IMG/VR virus record: IMGVR_UViG_3300036941_000037 | Coordinates: 1-29,181 of that record | Length of the DNA stretch: 29,181 nucleotides | Source of the DNA: a virus | Taxonomy: Duplodnaviria; Caudoviricetes | Reading direction: 5' to 3' (one strand) | Shown here: positions 27,089 through 29,181 of the stretch, one piece after another | Layout of the letters: the number at the start of each line of letters is the position of its first letter | Numbering within the stretch: position 1 is the first letter of the stretch | Position numbers and translations under genes: made by a program | Notes under the pieces: model-generated | The model's database searches: none | What the model was told of the DNA's origin: nothing | The model's input: the letters and a program-made list of their open reading frames with translations, nothing else

Positions 27089-27122
27089 CCCAGAAAAGTC
27101 AATTATTGACACTATTACTGGG
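27089..27122 (+). promoter_or_regulatory. Dispersed ~32-bp element, copy 5 (CCCAGAAAAGTCAATTATTGACACTATTACTGGG)
   Basis: In the divergence region; outer arms TTCCCAG/CTGGGAA are complementary. Confidence 0.8.
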
Positions 27123-27298
27123 AATAGTTGTTGTTCTCAGTGATGGTGCAAAATTTACTTGTGGGTAAAAAGGGAGCAGATCAATGCGCTCGCGGGGGTT
27201 GCCTGGGGTCGGCGGGGGTGGTCTTGATTGTGTTGAGGCGTGGGTAAGTTGATGCGGCTGGGAAGTAGGTCGGGAAATGGTGACATTGTGCCTCGGAT

Positions 27299-27326
27299 TT
27301 GACAAAATGATTTTTTGTGCTAAGAT
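27299..27326 (+). promoter_or_regulatory. Sigma70-type promoter
   Basis: TTGACA-16 bp-TAAGAT with TGn extension. Confidence 0.65.
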
Positions 27327-27515
27327 GGAATCAAAATTAAATAAAACATAAACACGGGCTGGCAAGGCGTCGGCTCGGATCCCGCAAAGGCGGTGCTGTT
27401 TGAAAACTGAATATAGCGGCATTATCCTCGGGCAATTGTACGCTCGAATGTAGACAAGCCGATGAATAGCACAATCCCTTAGTCATCTCCGCCTGCAATT
27501 GAAAGGCGGTGCACC

Positions 27516-27875
27516 ATGGCAACAAGGAATAGGTGGACGTTGAAGGATAGTGTAATGAGTGTCACTGGTAGAGTGTCAGGTACATTCGATTTGCGGGAAG
27601 TGTCAGCTAATTGGGACATATTGACAGAAACGGAGCAATTCCTGCTTTACTATGGAGCTAAACAATGGCCACAGGATAAGTACGCCGGGAAAGATAACTC
27701 CGGTGCTCAGGAAATACTGGATAAATCCTGGGAAAGGATGAAGGCCGGTGATTTTGCAAGACAGGCCGGTGCGGCTGCGGGCGTGACTAAGAAGGAGCTG
27801 GTGAATAAGAACGCCGAGCTTGAAGCCCGGGTGAAGGAGCTTGAAGCAAAGCTGGCAAAAGCTAAAAGTAAGTAA
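27516..27875 (+). CDS. Hypothetical protein with C-terminal coiled coil (119 aa)
   Basis: Lies between a promoter and a terminator; AAAGGCGGT RBS-like sequence; NAELEARVKELEAKL heptads. Confidence 0.8.
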   Translation: MATRNRWTLKDSVMSVTGRVSGTFDLREVSANWDILTETEQFLLYYGAKQWPQDKYAGKDNSGAQEILDKSWERMKAGDFARQAGAAAGVTKKELVNKNAELEARVKELEAKLAKAKSK

Positions 27876-27969
27876 ATTCTATCCGCAGGCGGGGATGGAT
27901 AAGGGATTGTGCGAGAGGTAAACCTTAAAAGGATGGAGAAAATAATATTAATTAGTAAGCATTCCAAAA

Positions 27970-28012
27970 ACCCAAGAGGAGAACTAAAAACTCTTCTTGG
28001 GTCTTTTTTTTT
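27970..28012 (+). terminator. Rho-independent terminator
   Basis: ACCCAAGAGGAG / CTCTTCTTGGGT stem followed by a T9 tract. Confidence 0.85.
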
Positions 28013-28058
28013 ACTTTAATAACATCTAAGACCTTTTATAAATGTTTCTCAGTCAGAG

Positions 28059-28516
<458 letters not shown>

Positions 28517-28529
28517 TTGAAAATAATTG

Positions 28530-28558
28530 TTGACAAGCTGGGATTGGTATGGTATAAT
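28530..28558 (+). promoter_or_regulatory. Perfect-consensus sigma70 promoter
   Basis: TTGACA-17 bp-TATAAT with TGn extension and AT-rich upstream sequence. Confidence 0.9.
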
Positions 28559-28655
28559 GGTGTTGAATAATTGGAGCTGGGCAATAGCCCGGCGGAATTA
28601 AGTGGTTTAACTCATGTCAAAGCGGGCATTGACCCGCAAGGAAAGGAGAAAGAGT

Positions 28656-28946
28656 ATGAAAGTGACAAGGAAAATGATAGTAGAGGCGATTGGAAACGCA
28701 GATGTCGCAGCACACGGCTGCGATTACTTTAACGCTTCTTGTAACGAATGTTGGGCAGCAGTCGTTGATGCCCTTCCCAAAGGGGTTAAAGACAAAAACC
28801 TCTTAGAGAAAATCCAGGAGGTTTTGACCCCTGTCCCCTCCCTAACCGCTAAGGTCAGGCGGAGAATTGAGGATAAACTCCGAAAATCCGAGGGGGAGTT
28901 TATTCTCAGCCTAGCGGTTGAGCTAGGCGTTAATATCGAAGATTAA
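28656..28946 (+). CDS. Hypothetical protein, possible Zn-binding (H-x-C-x6-CxxC), ~96 aa
   Basis: ATG 28656 with AAGGAG RBS preferred over 28614; basic RRRIEDKLRK helix. Confidence 0.75.
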   Translation: MKVTRKMIVEAIGNADVAAHGCDYFNASCNECWAAVVDALPKGVKDKNLLEKIQEVLTPVPSLTAKVRRRIEDKLRKSEGEFILSLAVELGVNIED

Positions 28947-28989
28947 CCCACAAGCGCACCGAACCGCCTGAGTAATCAGGCACATCAAG

Positions 28990-29025
28990 GCGCATTTCTC
29001 CATAGTGGAGAGGTGCGCTTTTTTT
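28990..29025 (+). terminator. Rho-independent terminator
   Basis: GCGCATTTCTCCA-TAG-TGGAGAGGTGCGC stem (with G-U pairs) followed by T7. Confidence 0.8.
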
Positions 29026-29059
29026 CTTGTGGTTAAATATTTAAACTGGAGGGATTGAA

Positions 29060-29181
29060 ATGAAAAAGCATTTATGTCTAACTTGTAAACACTATAAGGC
29101 ATGGGCAGAGTCAAGACCATGGGGATCAACTGTTGCATATGAGCACTTTGAAGAGTGTGAAGTAGAGGCACCGGAGTTTGT
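29060..29181 (+). CDS. Hypothetical CxxC protein (partial; MKKHLCLTCKHYKAWAESRPWGS...)
   Basis: GGAGG RBS, ATG at 29060, open to the window end. Confidence 0.65.
   Translation, partial: MKKHLCLTCKHYKAWAESRPWGSTVAYEHFEECEVEAPEF

Noticed and set aside
26919-27143. 74-aa QAQAQVQV ORF
   Set aside because: It is simply the microsatellite translated, with a TTG start and no RBS.

Overview
This window is a segment of a tailed dsDNA phage genome, most likely podovirus-like because no tape-measure gene is visible. No host genes, integrase, lysis genes or tRNAs were recognised. Bases ~1-26780 form one minus-strand late operon from a sigma70-type promoter. Gene order: HTH protein (probable TerS), fibre-subunit-like protein, small basic protein, ART-like protein, SAM methyltransferase, GT-A glycosyltransferase, a compositionally distinct island with lectin/fibre genes, a 1023-aa repeat fibre, an Ig-like protein, TerL, P22-like portal, scaffold, N4-gp56/DUF4043-type major capsid, two decoration proteins, adaptor, nozzle, a second fibre subunit/repeat-protein pair, and probable ejection proteins ending in a >1360-aa ORF that the ORF track missed. 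Bases ~27300-29181 hold small plus-strand genes with strong promoters and terminators. Three signals stand out. (1) One ~13-aa beta-strand-like peptide 'tag' occurs in four different proteins, including the methyltransferase C-terminus. Two further repeat families each lie next to a candidate partner gene, suggesting a modular, tag-assembled and possibly glycosylated branched virion fibre. (2) A ~32-bp element with a GTCAA-N3-TTGAC core occurs six times, four of them directly behind stop codons. (3) A ~460-bp quasi-symmetric non-coding locus is centred on an A29 tract. All product calls rest on motif recognition and gene order; no database search was run.
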